DNA from: Octopus sinensis
Taxonomy: Eukaryota
Assembly (NCBI RefSeq): GCF_006345805.1
Contig: NC_043024.1
Coordinates: forward strand, 18,290,001 to 18,354,000
DNA: 64,000 bases
Reading direction: 5' to 3'
The translations under genes were made by a program, and so were the position numbers. The stretch's first letter is position 1; the number at the start of each line of letters is the position of its first letter. Below, piece by piece: positions 1-12,752 of this stretch. The notes below the pieces were generated by a model. That model made no database searches, had not been told where the DNA came from, and saw nothing but the letters and a program-made list of their open reading frames with translations.

Positions 1-466
1 CTACATTCTCAAATTTTCATTCACACCCCAAGACCCCTTTGAATGAACAGCACATGGAATCTACGTCTCCACACTTTCCATTTGTGATGACAAAATATGA
101 ACTCCTATTGGAATTTACATACCACAGACAGGAATCATTTCTACCACTTCTACGTACCACTTTCCTTGGAACTGCAACTATAACATCTTTATACATTTTT
201 ATTTTTATTTCTACATTCATTCTCCTATTTCCCTATATACTCCTTACTCGCTTCCTTTTCCAAAATAACTCCTCATATTGAACTCTACGATTTCCCTCCA
301 TTTACCCATCTCACATCGTCTCTGATAAAGGAATACCCATCTCACATCGTCTCTGATGAAGGGGTATCCCCGATATCCCAGAAACAGCTGTAAGGCTAAC
401 CTTCTCTTTATAAATGTCCTGAAAACTCCACACAGCATTGGTTTTGTTGTCTCATTTTATTTAACA
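1..466 (+). mobile_element. Non-autonomous Penelope-like element 3' end / pseudo-LTR (family H1), truncated by window start and a (CA)n tract
   Basis: Closely similar to the reverse complement of 43130-43478; carries a hammerhead motif at 349-396; frame at 3-50 ends ...HPKTPLNEQ, resembling the LN(E/R)Q end of PLE GIY-YIG domains. Confidence 0.6.
349..396 (+). ncRNA. Minimal type I hammerhead ribozyme (PLE-type)
   Basis: Stem I GTCT/AGGC; core CTGATGA (353-359); stem II GGGGTATC-ccc-GATATCCC; GAAA (381-384); palindromic stem III ACAGCTGT; GTA cleavage triplet. An extra A flanks each side of stem II. Confidence 0.75.
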
Positions 467-488
467 CACACACACACACACACACACA

Positions 489-800
489 TATCATCATCAT
501 CATCATCATTTAACGTCTGTTGTCCAGAGCTGGCAAGGTGAGGGTCTGCGCAGACTCCAGTCTGTTTTAGCATGATTTCTATGGCTGGATGCCTTTCCTA
601 ATGCCAATCACTCCAAGAACATAATGGGTTGCTTGTATGTGCCACTGACGTGGGTGCCAGTTGTGTGACACCATTATCTGCCACAATTGTGATTTTACTT
701 GGATTGACATAGGTCTCCTACTCAGGCACGACGTATTGCCTAAGATCTTGGTCATTTGTCATTACCTCTGTAAGGCCCAACTCTCAAAAGGTGTTACTTA
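489..800 (-). mobile_element. RTE-clade LINE 3' end with (GAT)n tail
   Basis: Minus frame ELGLTEVMTNDQDLRQYVVPE matches the RTE C-terminus seen at 45352-45540; 3' UTR motif TAGGAAAGGCATCCAGC; ends ACGTTAAAT(GAT)n. Confidence 0.75.
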
Positions 801-892
801 CCTGACACCAGTGCAGCTGCTGGTTACCTGACACCAGCATCGGCCATATTAATTCCATGAGAGCCAATGCTCGAAAGGTGCTAGTTACATAT

Positions 893-934
<42 letters not shown>

Positions 935-1319
935 ACACACACACACGCACACACACACGCACGTACACACACATGCGTGTGTATATGTGTGTGTGTGTGA
1001 CTGGGTGGTGTATATAAATAAAAGAAAAACTAGTTAAATGGGTGAGCTGGAAATTGAACTCTGATTCAGGTGTTAATAAGACAGTAATTTAATATCAAAG
1101 TATACTATTTCCATACTCAGGTGGTAACACAGATGCATACATATGCACACATGCAGACACACACACGGACACACACACATATACATATGAATATGTGCGT
1201 GTATCTGATTACATATGCATGCATAGGTATACACATGCAGACTAATGCACAGGTAGAAATACTTGGACAAATAAACATACATCAACATGTTATAAAGCTC
1301 TGTTTTTCCTTCTTGTATG

Positions 1320-1999
1320 TATATATATATTTATGTATATATACATACATACATACATACATATATAATATAATATAATATATAGCTATATATTATAATA
1401 TATATATATATATATATCATATATATGTATATTATATATGTATATATTATATATATATAATATATATATTATATATATATCTTCCTACCCCACCATAGAA
1501 TAGAGAGATAAATAGATAGATCGATAGACCGATATAGATATCTATATGTATATATGCATAAACAGATCAATCAATCAAACAATTAATCAATGAATCAATC
1601 TATATATCTATCTGTCTGTCTATCTACCCATCTGTCTGTCTCTCTGTCTGCCTGTTTCCTATCTATCTATCTATCTATCTATCTGTCTATCTATCTATAT
1701 ATCTATCTATCTATCTATCTATCTATATATATATATATACATAAAATATATGTATATGTATGTAAACATATAAGTATGAATATTTGTACGTATGTATGCC
1801 TATACACTCACCTGTATATATATATATGTATATGTATATATACGTGCTTGTGTGCATGCTAGTGTGTAATGCATATATGTTTGTACATACATATACTCGC
1901 ATGTATATATATATGTGTGTGTCTGTGTGTATGTCTATAGACATGTAGATATAAGTATATGTAAAATTATAAACAGTCGTGCAAGCGCGCACATACATA

Positions 2000-2046
<47 letters not shown>

Positions 2047-2338
2047 ACACTCGCTCTATAAATAGAATCCCAACCAAATATTATTTATCTGTCAGGACAA
2101 TCAGACAGAACAAGTCGAAGCGCAAGCAGCAACGACTGGTGACCATTGGATGCAATTTACCGAAAACTAGTTTTATTGGAATAAATATTTATTTATCAAA
2201 GAAATTAATAGCTTTCTCAAAGATGAAGTGGTTGATTGAACTTCAAGAGAAAAATCATTGAATATCTGTATGCATGTGTGTGTGTGTGGATGCATGTATA
2301 TGTGTGTATTGCGTGTGTGTGTGTGTTTGTGTGTGCGC

Positions 2339-2382
<44 letters not shown>

Positions 2383-2495
2383 ATATATGTATACATATAA
2401 AAATATATCATAAATATATATTTTTGTATATGTATCACTCTCACTCTCTCTCTCTTTCTCTCTCTGTATATATGTGTGTGGGTGTGTGGTGTATG

Positions 2496-2534
<39 letters not shown>

Positions 2535-2559
2535 ATATATGTATGTATATATGTAATAC

Positions 2560-2623
<64 letters not shown>

Positions 2624-2633
2624 ATATGTATAC

Positions 2634-2677
<44 letters not shown>

Positions 2678-3200
2678 TAATATATAATAATAATATAAAT
2701 ATGTATTTATAAATATATGTATGCCATAAAAATATATGCATAAATATATATTTTTGGATATATATGTATCACTCTCTCTCACTGTCTCTCTCTGTGTATA
2801 TGCGTGTGTGTGTGGTGTGTATATAATATATATAATATGTGTATGTATGTATACGTATACGCATAAATATATGTGTGTGTGTATATATTATGATATGTAT
2901 GTATAGTATATATATATATATAATATATATATATATAATATATTATATAGTGGTGTGTGTATACACACACTCGCACATACATATATATATATATCATGTA
3001 TCATGTGAGTATCTAATTACTGTCTATCTATATATATATACATACATACATATATATATATATAATATATACCTACATATACATATATGTATATACATAT
3101 ATATATATATATATGTATATATGTATATATGTATATGTGATATATATATATATATGTATACACACACACACACACACATATATATGATATATACATGTTT
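1320..3200. repeat. Compound (TA)n/(TATG)n/(TCTA)n/(CA)n microsatellite field with short unique islands
   Basis: Direct inspection; source of many spurious YI/HT/CV ORFs. Confidence 0.95.
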
Positions 3201-3677
3201 AGGTTTAGTGATGCAAACACGATAAGCAAAACTCAAAACTTGAATATATTTTTTGATAATTCATTTAGCAGAAGTTACCAACTTCTTTTGTAAAGTTTGC
3301 AAAGTGCGCTGTACCTGAAACTATGATGCGATGTCAAAACAAGAGAGACACACACAGGTATAGGTAGACCTGTACACATGGCCTTTGAGTCACTTTGTAA
3401 CGTCGTCCTCCTTTAGCGTCTGCTTTATATACTGGCATGGGTTGGACAGTTTGTCCAGTACTGGCAAGCTGGAGAGTTGCACCAAGTTCTAGTCCGATCT
3501 GGCTTGGTTACTATGGCTGGATGCTCTTCCTAATGCCAACCACTGGAAGAGTGTGCACTGGATACTTTTAATGTGGCGCCACACAAGTACCAGTACATGG
3601 CATTGGCACAAGTGTTCTTTATGGGGCACTAGCACAGGAACCTTGCAGGTCAATTCTCTTCCCAATTGGGCCTGGCC

Positions 3678-3713
<36 letters not shown>

Positions 3714-3721
3714 TATATAAA

Positions 3722-4007
3722 ATTAAATAAGGGTAGAAATTAATATTAATCAATTAAACCAGTGGCCTAGCATATTTTTTAAAAAATCCGAAGATTAAAT
3801 ATTTTTTACATACAAGATTTAGAGGACTGACCATCCCCCAAAAATGGACAGCTTATATGCTAGATATAGACGTCAAAATCGCCATTTTCCACGAAGAATG
3901 TGTTCTCAAGGAAAAATTCAAAATTCTTCGTAGAAAATGGCGATTTTGACGTCTATATCTAGCATATAAGCTGTCCATTTTTTTAGTGGTCAGTCCTCTA
4001 AATTTTG

Positions 4008-4010
<3 letters not shown>
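3722..4010. mobile_element. Fold-back non-autonomous element flanked by (TA)n
   Basis: ~88-bp inverted arms 3811-3899 and 3923-4009, 23-bp spacer; leading segment GGTAGAAATTAATATTAATCAATTAAACCAGTGG shared with the reverse complement of ~54010-54050. Confidence 0.65.
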
Positions 4011-4048
<38 letters not shown>

Positions 4049-4079
4049 AATCCCAAAAACGAAGAACAAGCACAAGAAA

Positions 4080-4265
4080 AAGACAACAGAAGGACATGAT
4101 ACATATAAAGTGTTAGCTGACGCTCAAGGAGGGAATGAAAGGTGGTGTTACGTTTCAAGCAAAGCTCTTTTTCAGAAACAGGAGACAGAGGAAAGTCCAA
4201 GAGAAAAGGAAGACGGAGGAAAAAAACGCCAACGATTCACATATGGTTACATTTTGAGATGACCG
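4080..4265 (-). mobile_element. Non-autonomous element with decayed hammerhead (family H2)
   Basis: Minus strand GTTT-CTGAAAA-AGAGC-TTTG-CTT-GAAACGTA-ACAC; related copy at 4820-5015. Confidence 0.5.
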
Positions 4266-4774
4266 GAAGGGAATAGGTGAAGAAAAAGTTCTTTCTAAGA
4301 CAGGAAAGTGCAAGACAAGAAGGTATGTGTGTGTGTGTGTGTGTATGTGCGGGTATGTGCATGCACGCAAGTCTGTGTGTGTGTGTAATAGCATGTGTGC
4401 ATGTGTGTGTGCGTGTTGTGTGTGTGTTGTGTGTGGTGTTTGCTGTTTATATGTATATGTGGGAGTGAATATTGTGTCTCTTAATGTTGTAGGAAGATTT
4501 CAACAGCGTGGTAACAGGAGTGGTGGCACTTTGGGTAGCTGTGTGTCTCTTCATATGTGCGTAGAGGAATGGTCAGTAGAAAGGTGTTTGACTGGCATTT
4601 TGAAGTATGTATGTGCATGTGTATGTATGTGTGTGCGTGTATGTATATGTTGTGTGTGTGTGTTTTGTGTATGGTGTGTGCATGCGTCTGCGAGTGTGTG
4701 TGTATGTACTTGTGTGTATGTGCGTGTGGTTTTTATTGGCTAAACTGGCAACATGACCATTCTTAAATACAACA

Positions 4775-4805
<31 letters not shown>

Positions 4806-4819
4806 ATATATATATAGTT

Positions 4820-5015
4820 AATCCAAACATGAAAACACAAAGAGAAAACACATCGCGGAACAAGTATAGTGTTATTGGATGCTCAGGAAAGGAAAGAAAG
4901 AAGGAGGGTTTAACATTTCGAGCGGAGTTCTTTGTCAGAAACAGGAAAAGAAAAGATCCAAAGAAGGGAAGATGGAGGAAAAAATCGCCAACGATACACA
5001 CACGGTCACACACAC
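4820..5015 (-). mobile_element. Non-autonomous element with decayed hammerhead (family H2)
   Basis: Minus strand GTTT-CTGACAA-AGAACTCCGCTC-GAAATGTT-AAAC; shares GGAGGAAAAAATCGCCAACGAT segment with 4080-4265. Confidence 0.5.
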
Positions 5016-5320
5016 ATATATAATAGGATTCTTTCAGTTTCGATCTACCTAATTCACTTACAAGGCTTTAGTTGGCATCAGACTATAGTAGAAGACACTT
5101 GCTCAAGTGCCAAGTAGTGGGATTGAAACTGGGCCAGTGTGGTTGGAATGTAATCTTCTTACTACACAGCTACATCTGTGCCTATAATTAGATGTTGTTT
5201 TCCTCTGCCGACACCTGTTTTATCAGGAAAGGTGAGAAACAAAGGACACCACTTGTACAATAGTGTTTGCTTACAACTATCAAATAGTAACTATTTAGTC
5301 TTGTACTTTGACTAGAAATA

Positions 5321-5680
5321 ATATTTCTGCGTCTTGTAAAGTTGCACTTTCACCCTGGACATAATCATAGGAATATGTTCAACCTCAAATCTTTCAAAAT
5401 AAGCCACTCAAAAAACTAATAGCTTTTGCTAACCATTATCTGTTTATACTAAAAATATGAATAATTCAAATTTTAAAATGAACAACGCACTATTTTCTCC
5501 CAAAATACAATTGCCATTCTAAAAAACTTTGTCAATGGCATTTGTTCTGAAAATTCAGTTATCTATGCAGCTAGTGTTACATCTGACATTAATCAGGCTG
5601 TCATAGATTATATCGAATTAACTGCAAATCAATTTAAAATTAGATATTATCAGCATAATTATACCTTTAGGGTATTACAA
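5321..5680 (+). pseudogene. Penelope-like element RT-thumb/linker plus GIY-YIG endonuclease remnant (frameshifted)
   Basis: Manual translation IFLRLVKLHFHPGHNHRNMFNLKSFKISHS...NCHSKKLC/NGICSENSVIYAASVTSDINQAVIDYIELTANQFKIRYYQHNYTFR; fits the PLE pattern CNC..C..C..VIY..YIGLT..FK.RY..H. Confidence 0.7.
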
Positions 5681-6270
5681 AGACAGTATGACAGTTGCCT
5701 AATGTTACAGATCTTGTTATAAGTGTGTAGATTTGTGAATATGTTTGCATATCGGAAATATGTTTTTTCTTTCTTTCCCACTCATATTCTTCGTATTAAG
5801 CCATATTTGTGTGCACACATGCACGCGTGTGTGAATACATACATACATACGCAGCACATACATACACACATTGACACATACATATATACACACGTTATCA
5901 ATAGAAAATAGGGAATTAGCAAGTAGAGATATTTTACGAAAATATTAAATCAGTAAAATCTATCTGTCTGTCTGCATATATATATATATGTGTATATATA
6001 TATATACATAAGTATATATACATAAGTATATATATATAAATGTATATATATCTGTATATATATATATATCTCTGTATATATATATAAATGTATATATATA
6101 TATATATATATTTAAATGATATATATATACATTTATATATATATATAAATAAATGTATATATAATATATATATATATACATTTATATGGATATGTATATA
6201 AATGTATATATATATGTATATAAATAATATATATGTATAGATATATAATATATATATATATATTATATAT

Positions 6271-6335
<65 letters not shown>

Positions 6336-6559
6336 TAGTATGTATAATCAATTCAAATAATAAAATAAAAAATGGAAAAATGAAGAGGAGGGCACGTGCA
6401 CAAGAAACGTATTAGCTTGAAGCTTGGCAAAAGGGGAGAGTTAAAGCTTCATGAGAAAGGAGAAAGGGAAAAGCTGAAAGAAGGAAAAGAAATTGCCAAC
6501 ATCACACATGTAGCAACAGAAGACATGTAGCTACATTATGTTTCTTTTGTTTTGTCCTT

Positions 6560-7322
<763 letters not shown>

Positions 7323-7344
7323 CGACAGACAACCTGAATATGAT

Positions 7345-7790
7345 CAATAGTAGAGAATTCTGTTGTGAAGTCAGCTTGTTCTTTTGGTTGCTAGATATTC
7401 AAGGTGCCAAGCATCCTTCTACATATAACGTAGAAGAACATCTCGTAGATGGCAGGCAGGAGGCTGATGGAATGGTAGTTCCTCAAGTCTGTTTCATCAC
7501 CTTTCTTCTAAAGCATGACCACTATTGCATTCTTCCAAGTTGTGGGGAATTTGCCTCCTTCGAATCATCTCTTGGACAGCTCGTGAGCACTGTCATGATG
7601 GCCTCTCCACCATTCTGAAGAATACCAGCAGAGATGTTATCTTCCCCAGGTGCCTTGTCTCTTTTGAAGTGTTTGATTCTCGCTGTCATCTCTGATGTTA
7701 TGACAAGAGGGCATAGGTTTGGAGTCGTGTTGTTGGAAAATGGATGGTCTTGAGATTGTCTGGTGCAATACAATTTGCTATAGAATTCTT
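7345..7790 (-). mobile_element. RTE-clade LINE reverse transcriptase N-terminal fragment
   Basis: KAPGEDNISAGILQNGG... then, after frameshift, TTWKNAIVVML.KKGDETDLRNYHPISLLP. Confidence 0.8.
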
Positions 7791-7964
7791 CACACCTTTT
7801 CATAAGCCTGTTAAGATTACTGGTGATTGCAGGTTAGATGGTTTCGCAGGAGCTGGCCGGCTGGGGAGCTGTCTCGACACCGATTGTCTGTTGTGGCATG
7901 GTTTCTATGACTGGATGCCCTTCCTAACACCAACTACTTTACAGAGTGTACTGGGCACAGGTTT

Positions 7965-8252
7965 TGTTTGTTCCTTCTCGAGCCACGCCTGGCTCATAAG
8001 GGCCAGTTTCCTGATTTCCTTGGCGTATAGGTTCCCTGCTTGGATGGGACACTGGTCCATTGCAGGTGAGCTGCAAGATGCAGGAGGAAAGAGTGAGAGA
8101 AAGTTGAGGCGAAAGAGTCAGCAGAAGTTTGCCATTACCATGTGGAGCTTAGGTGTTTCGCTCATAAACACACACATCGCCCGGTCTGAGATTCGAACCT
8201 GCAACCACTCAACAGCGAGTCTGCTGCTCTAATCACTAGGCCATGTGCCTCC
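7965..8252 (-). mobile_element. tRNA-derived SINE (family S3) nested in an RTE-tail element
   Basis: Head GGAGGCACATGGCCTAGTGATTAGAGCAGC...GGTTCGAATC (A and B boxes); TSD-like ACTGGGYACRGGT on both sides. Confidence 0.8.
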
Positions 8253-9483
8253 ACACTGGGTACGGGTGCATTTCAAAGGCACTGATGTGGGTGTTTTTTT
8301 TATATGGCACCAGAACCTATGAGCCATCAAGATTAGGAATGACAGGGCATCGATGTTATCTTTTCCCAAACATTGCTTTCTCTTGACAGACTTCAAGCCT
8401 CAGTTCTCTTTGAGAAGCTTTTGGTTGTTCATTTTGATGTCTACTTTATGCGATGTCTGATAATTTTACAGGTTTCAATATAGGCCATAGGCTAGTGGGG
8501 GTCATGGTGTACTCCCCTTATGATTTACTTTAATGGGTATTTTCATGTAGCCCTGGGTCAAACAAGTCAGAAAATTGATGTTGCCAAAAAAAAAAAAACT
8601 GGGATGGAAGATATTCGACCATGAACTTTTTGACCACGCCTACTTTTACAGCTGGGGGCAGAAAATTAGGAATTTGGAAAATTCAAATAGCTCTAACTTT
8701 GTAACTCTTTGCCAAAATATTTCAAACAACCACGTAAAATGCTTGCCTGGTCAAGATCTACAAGTTCATGCAAATAATAAGCAAATTTATTCTGTAGGAG
8801 CACCGCCTTTAGTCGAACAAATCGACCCCGGGACTTATTCTTTGTAAGCCCAGTACTTATTCTATCAGTCTCTTTTGCCGAACCGCTAAGTGATGGGGAC
8901 GTAAACACACCAGCATCTGTTGTCAAGCAATGCTAGGGGGACAAACACAGACACACAAACATACATGAACACAGAGAACAGACGTGGAAGCCATAGCCAG
9001 CTTATTCACATCGATACAGCATCGTGTGTTGCCCTTTCCAGTTTCTTGAACAACCAGTATTGGGATCTGATGTAAGAGCATTTGGTCTGCTGCTCCTAGT
9101 AGGTGAAGCAACCATGAGAGGTTTTCAAACGGTTTACACGAGTTACATCCCTTAGCTATATTAACACATGCAACATTCAGTGTCAGAAGGCTAACCAAAG
9201 CTTTTTGAATTTAATACCAAAACTTTGTGCAACTACAATAATTTACCGTGATCTCCAGTTGTCAAAATGATGCAAAATTCTCCAAATGCGATACTCTGTG
9301 ATATAAATCTGAGATGAAGGTAGGATACCAAGAAATGTTTAATTATTATTACTCCCACCAGTTTGGGGCAGAAGCCCAATTAGCCCGCTGCAGGAGGTGT
9401 CTGCTTGAAACTCTGTATGGAGTGCAGCTTTTAAGCTAGTATGCTAGTATACACACACACACACATATATATATATGTATATA

Positions 9484-9550
<67 letters not shown>

Positions 9551-9589
9551 TATAATATATACATATATATATATACAATATTACTATAC

Positions 9590-9745
9590 AAATATTCTTT
9601 TAAAAAACCTTTCTTTTAATTTTTCTAAATTTAATTATTTACTTGTTACAGTTGAAAAAGTCTCAATGACTGAAACTGGTACTGATGTTTTTTTTATAAA
9701 ATTATTTTAGCATTTTCTATCTTGACGTTTTTTTTTCTTCATCAT
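9590..9745 (+). mobile_element. Solo arm of fold-back family H3, flanked by (TA)n
   Basis: Closely matches the right arm of 40987-41403. Confidence 0.75.
9649..9684 (+). ncRNA. Minimal hammerhead ribozyme, U3-A8 core variant
   Basis: CAG-TTGAAAA-AGTC-tcaat-GACT-GAAA-CTGG-TA-CTG; stem II fully paired; stem III ACTGGT (ACCGGT in sister copies). Confidence 0.6.
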
Positions 9746-10004
9746 ATATATATATATATTATAATATATATATATAATACACACAAACATTCATACATAT
9801 ATACTGTGCATACATGTGCAAGTGTGTGCTCGTTTGTTCGTGTGACTGTGCGGTAAAAAGTTTACTTCGCAACCACATGGTATCAGGTTCAGTCCCACTG
9901 CAAGGCACCTTGGGAAAGTGTCTTCTGCTTTAGCCTCTGTGAGTGGATTTGGTAGACAGAAACTGAAAAAAGCTCGTTGTATATATGTATAAATATATAT
10001 TTTA

Positions 10005-10338
10005 AGGTAAAAGTAAAGACCCTCTTTGGTCATGAATGACTGTGGATTGCATATAAAAAGTTCCCCTCCGATGTATGAGTTGGGCAAAGTTGTTAATGGA
10101 AGACCAGCAGTCACTCGTGCATACTGGCCTCTCCTCGATGTTATCCAAGGGAAAGGCAAAGGTCAATACAGTTTGGCACCAGTAACCCCACAACTCATTT
10201 CTACAGTTGAGTGAACTGGAACAATGGGAAATAAAGTATCTTGCTCAAGAACACAACACACAGCCCGGTCTGGGAATTGAACTCATTACCTCATGATTGC
10301 AAGCTTGACACTCTAACCACTGAGCCAAGAGCCTTCAT
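10005..10338 (-). mobile_element. tRNA-derived SINE (family S4) with RTE-like CTTTACTTTT tail
   Basis: Head GGCTCAGTGGTTAGAGTG...GAGTTCAATTCCC; CORE-like GTGTTCTTGAGCAAGATAC; partial copy at ~61180-61340. Confidence 0.7.
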
Positions 10339-10342
10339 ATAT

Positions 10343-10751
10343 CTTTACTCTTTACTCTTTTACTTGTTTCAGTCATTTGACTGTGGCCATGCAGGAGCAC
10401 TGCCTTTAGTCGAGCAAATCGACCCCGGGACTTATTCTTTGTAAGCCCAGTACTTATTCTATCGGTCTCTTTTGCCAAACAGCTAAGTGACGGGGACGTA
10501 AACACACCAGCATCGGTTGTCAAGCAATGCTAGGGGTACAAACACAGACACACAAACATACACACGCATATATATATATACATATATATGACGGGCTTCT
10601 TTCAGTTTCCGTCTACCAAATCCACTCACAAGGCTTTGGTCGGCTCGAGGCTATAGCAGAAGACACTTGCCGAAGGTGCCACGCAGTGGGACTGAACCTG
10701 GAACCATGTGGTTGGTAAGCAAGCTACTACCACACAGCCACTCCTGCGCCT

Positions 10752-10752
<1 letters not shown>
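10343..10752 (-). mobile_element. tRNA-derived SINE (family S1), near full length
   Basis: AGGCGCAGGAGTGGCTGTGTGG head, GGTTCAGTCCC B box, (TA)n linker, 3' half ending in (AAAGAGT) repeats. Confidence 0.9.
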
Positions 10753-10789
<37 letters not shown>

Positions 10790-11174
10790 ATGCATACACA
10801 CACATACATGTAATATAATATATATATGCATGTGTGGTGTGTGTGATATATATGCATACATATATGTATGTATTAATATAAAAATGTATGTATATATATA
10901 TATATATGTGTGAGTGTGTGTGTGTGTGTATATATATACACACACACACATTCTCAGAGAGAAAGAGAGAGAGAGAGATGTAACATAATATAATAACAAG
11001 TAAGAAAGAGAATGTACAAAAACCCACAACAAACAACACCAAAAACAAAAAGACCAACCAAAACAATTTATCTATTTTATTGACGATATCGGTCATGAAT
11101 ACATCCAAAGTCGATTCATTATATTTTTTGACACTGTTATCAATATTGTAGTCTCTGTCTAATTTGTTGCTTCA

Positions 11175-11259
11175 GCTTGTTGTTATTATTATTATTATTA
11201 TTATTATTTTATTATTATTATTATTGTTGTTGTTGTTGTTGTTATTATTATTGTTATTT

Positions 11260-11296
<37 letters not shown>

Positions 11297-11382
11297 CATT
11301 ATTATCATTATTATTATCATTATTATCATTATTATCATTATTATTATTATCATTATTATTATAATTATCATTATTATTATTA

Positions 11383-11434
<52 letters not shown>
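11175..11434 (+). repeat. (TTA)n microsatellite
   Basis: Direct inspection. Confidence 0.97.
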
Positions 11435-11835
11435 AATGGTGTGCTGGCCGAATCGTTAGCATGCCTGATAAGTTGCTTAGCGGTATTTCGTCAACCGTTT
11501 TACGTTGTGAGTTCAAATTCTGCCGAGGTTGACTTTGCCTTTCATCCTTTCGGGGTCGATAAATTAAGTACCAGTTACGCACTGGGGTCGATGTAATCGA
11601 CTTAATACCTATGTCTGTCCTTGTTTGTCCCCTCTGTGTTTAACCCTGTGGGTAATAAAGAAATAGGTATTTTGCCTGTCGCTACATTTTGAGTACAAAT
11701 TCCAACAAGGTTGACTTTGCCTTTTATCCTTTCAGGGTGGATTAAATAAGTATCAGTGAAATACTGGGGTCAATGCAATCGACTATCCCAACCCACCCCA
11801 CCCCACAATTTCAGGCCTTGTGCCTAGAGTAGAAA
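11435..11835 (+). mobile_element. tRNA-derived SINE (family S2) with internally duplicated core
   Basis: GAATCGTTAGCATG...GAGTTCAAATTC B box; core GACTTTGCCTTTCATCCTTTCGGGGTCGATAAATTAAGTACCAG present twice. Confidence 0.85.
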
Positions 11836-12113
11836 GGAGACTTGGCTGAACAATAGAAGAGCTATATCCTGCAACCAACAGCCACGCTTTCCCAAATCCC
11901 AGACAAAATCACTATCATCAATGTCCTGGGTTGCAACTTCATAGCAAAATCCTGGACCGAAATTTCATTCACGCATCCATTGCAAATAAATGGCAGCTTC
12001 TTAGTGGGTTTCGTTTTTCTTTCTTTCTTTCTCTTACCCTTTCTAACTTCAAGTCCTCTCCTTCAAACACTCATACGCTGAAAACAACAGGTGCCACCAT
12101 TATTATTATTATT

Positions 12114-12696
12114 GAGTGAGAGAGCAGTTCATGCCATCAAAGTGACACTGGGGTAAAATATACGAAGCCCAATATACCCATCATGACTACCCGTCTGATA
12201 AAGGTACACCAGGCACATGCATCACAACCATATGTGCGCGACATGGTGATCTCATATCAAGATAAACAGCACATGACCTTGCAGGTGGGGCCCAGTTAGA
12301 ATTTTCTTCAGGTTGAGTAACCCATCCTGCTCAAATGGTCCCTGAATAAGGGTTGCTTTAGGATGTTGAACGAAACACCTATGTTTCCAGAGGTGAACCA
12401 TTCAAACTCCAAAGAATCCCTCTCAACACATGGCCATGATGCTCCCCCACTACTTCTGCTCGTGATCAGAGATGCACATATCGTCAGCCACTAAGGGACA
12501 TGCTCAACTGGTTAAGGTCAAACAACTGACAAGCAAATCTGTGGTATTGAGCAGAATATTTGCTGTAGCCCATCTTTTATACCAAGACAAAACAATGTAC
12601 ATGATAACACTTCCAATCAGTTAAGATCGGAAGCCATGAGAGCCACTGCCTGGTACTGAGAGCCACTGCCTGGTACTGAGAGCCACTGCCTGGTAC

Positions 12697-12697
<1 letters not shown>
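12114..12697 (-). mobile_element. Non-coding (TAA)n-targeted element B (R4/Dong-associated, non-autonomous)
   Basis: Reverse complement of 25838-26387; (TAA)n at both ends; 5' end carries 3 tandem copies of a 20-bp unit (12638-12697). Confidence 0.8.

Positions 12698-12750
<53 letters not shown>

Positions 12751-12752
<2 letters not shown>

Noticed and set aside
794-805. U1 snRNA 5' end (TACTTACCTG)
   Set aside because: Downstream sequence does not continue as U1; it lies in a short local duplication.
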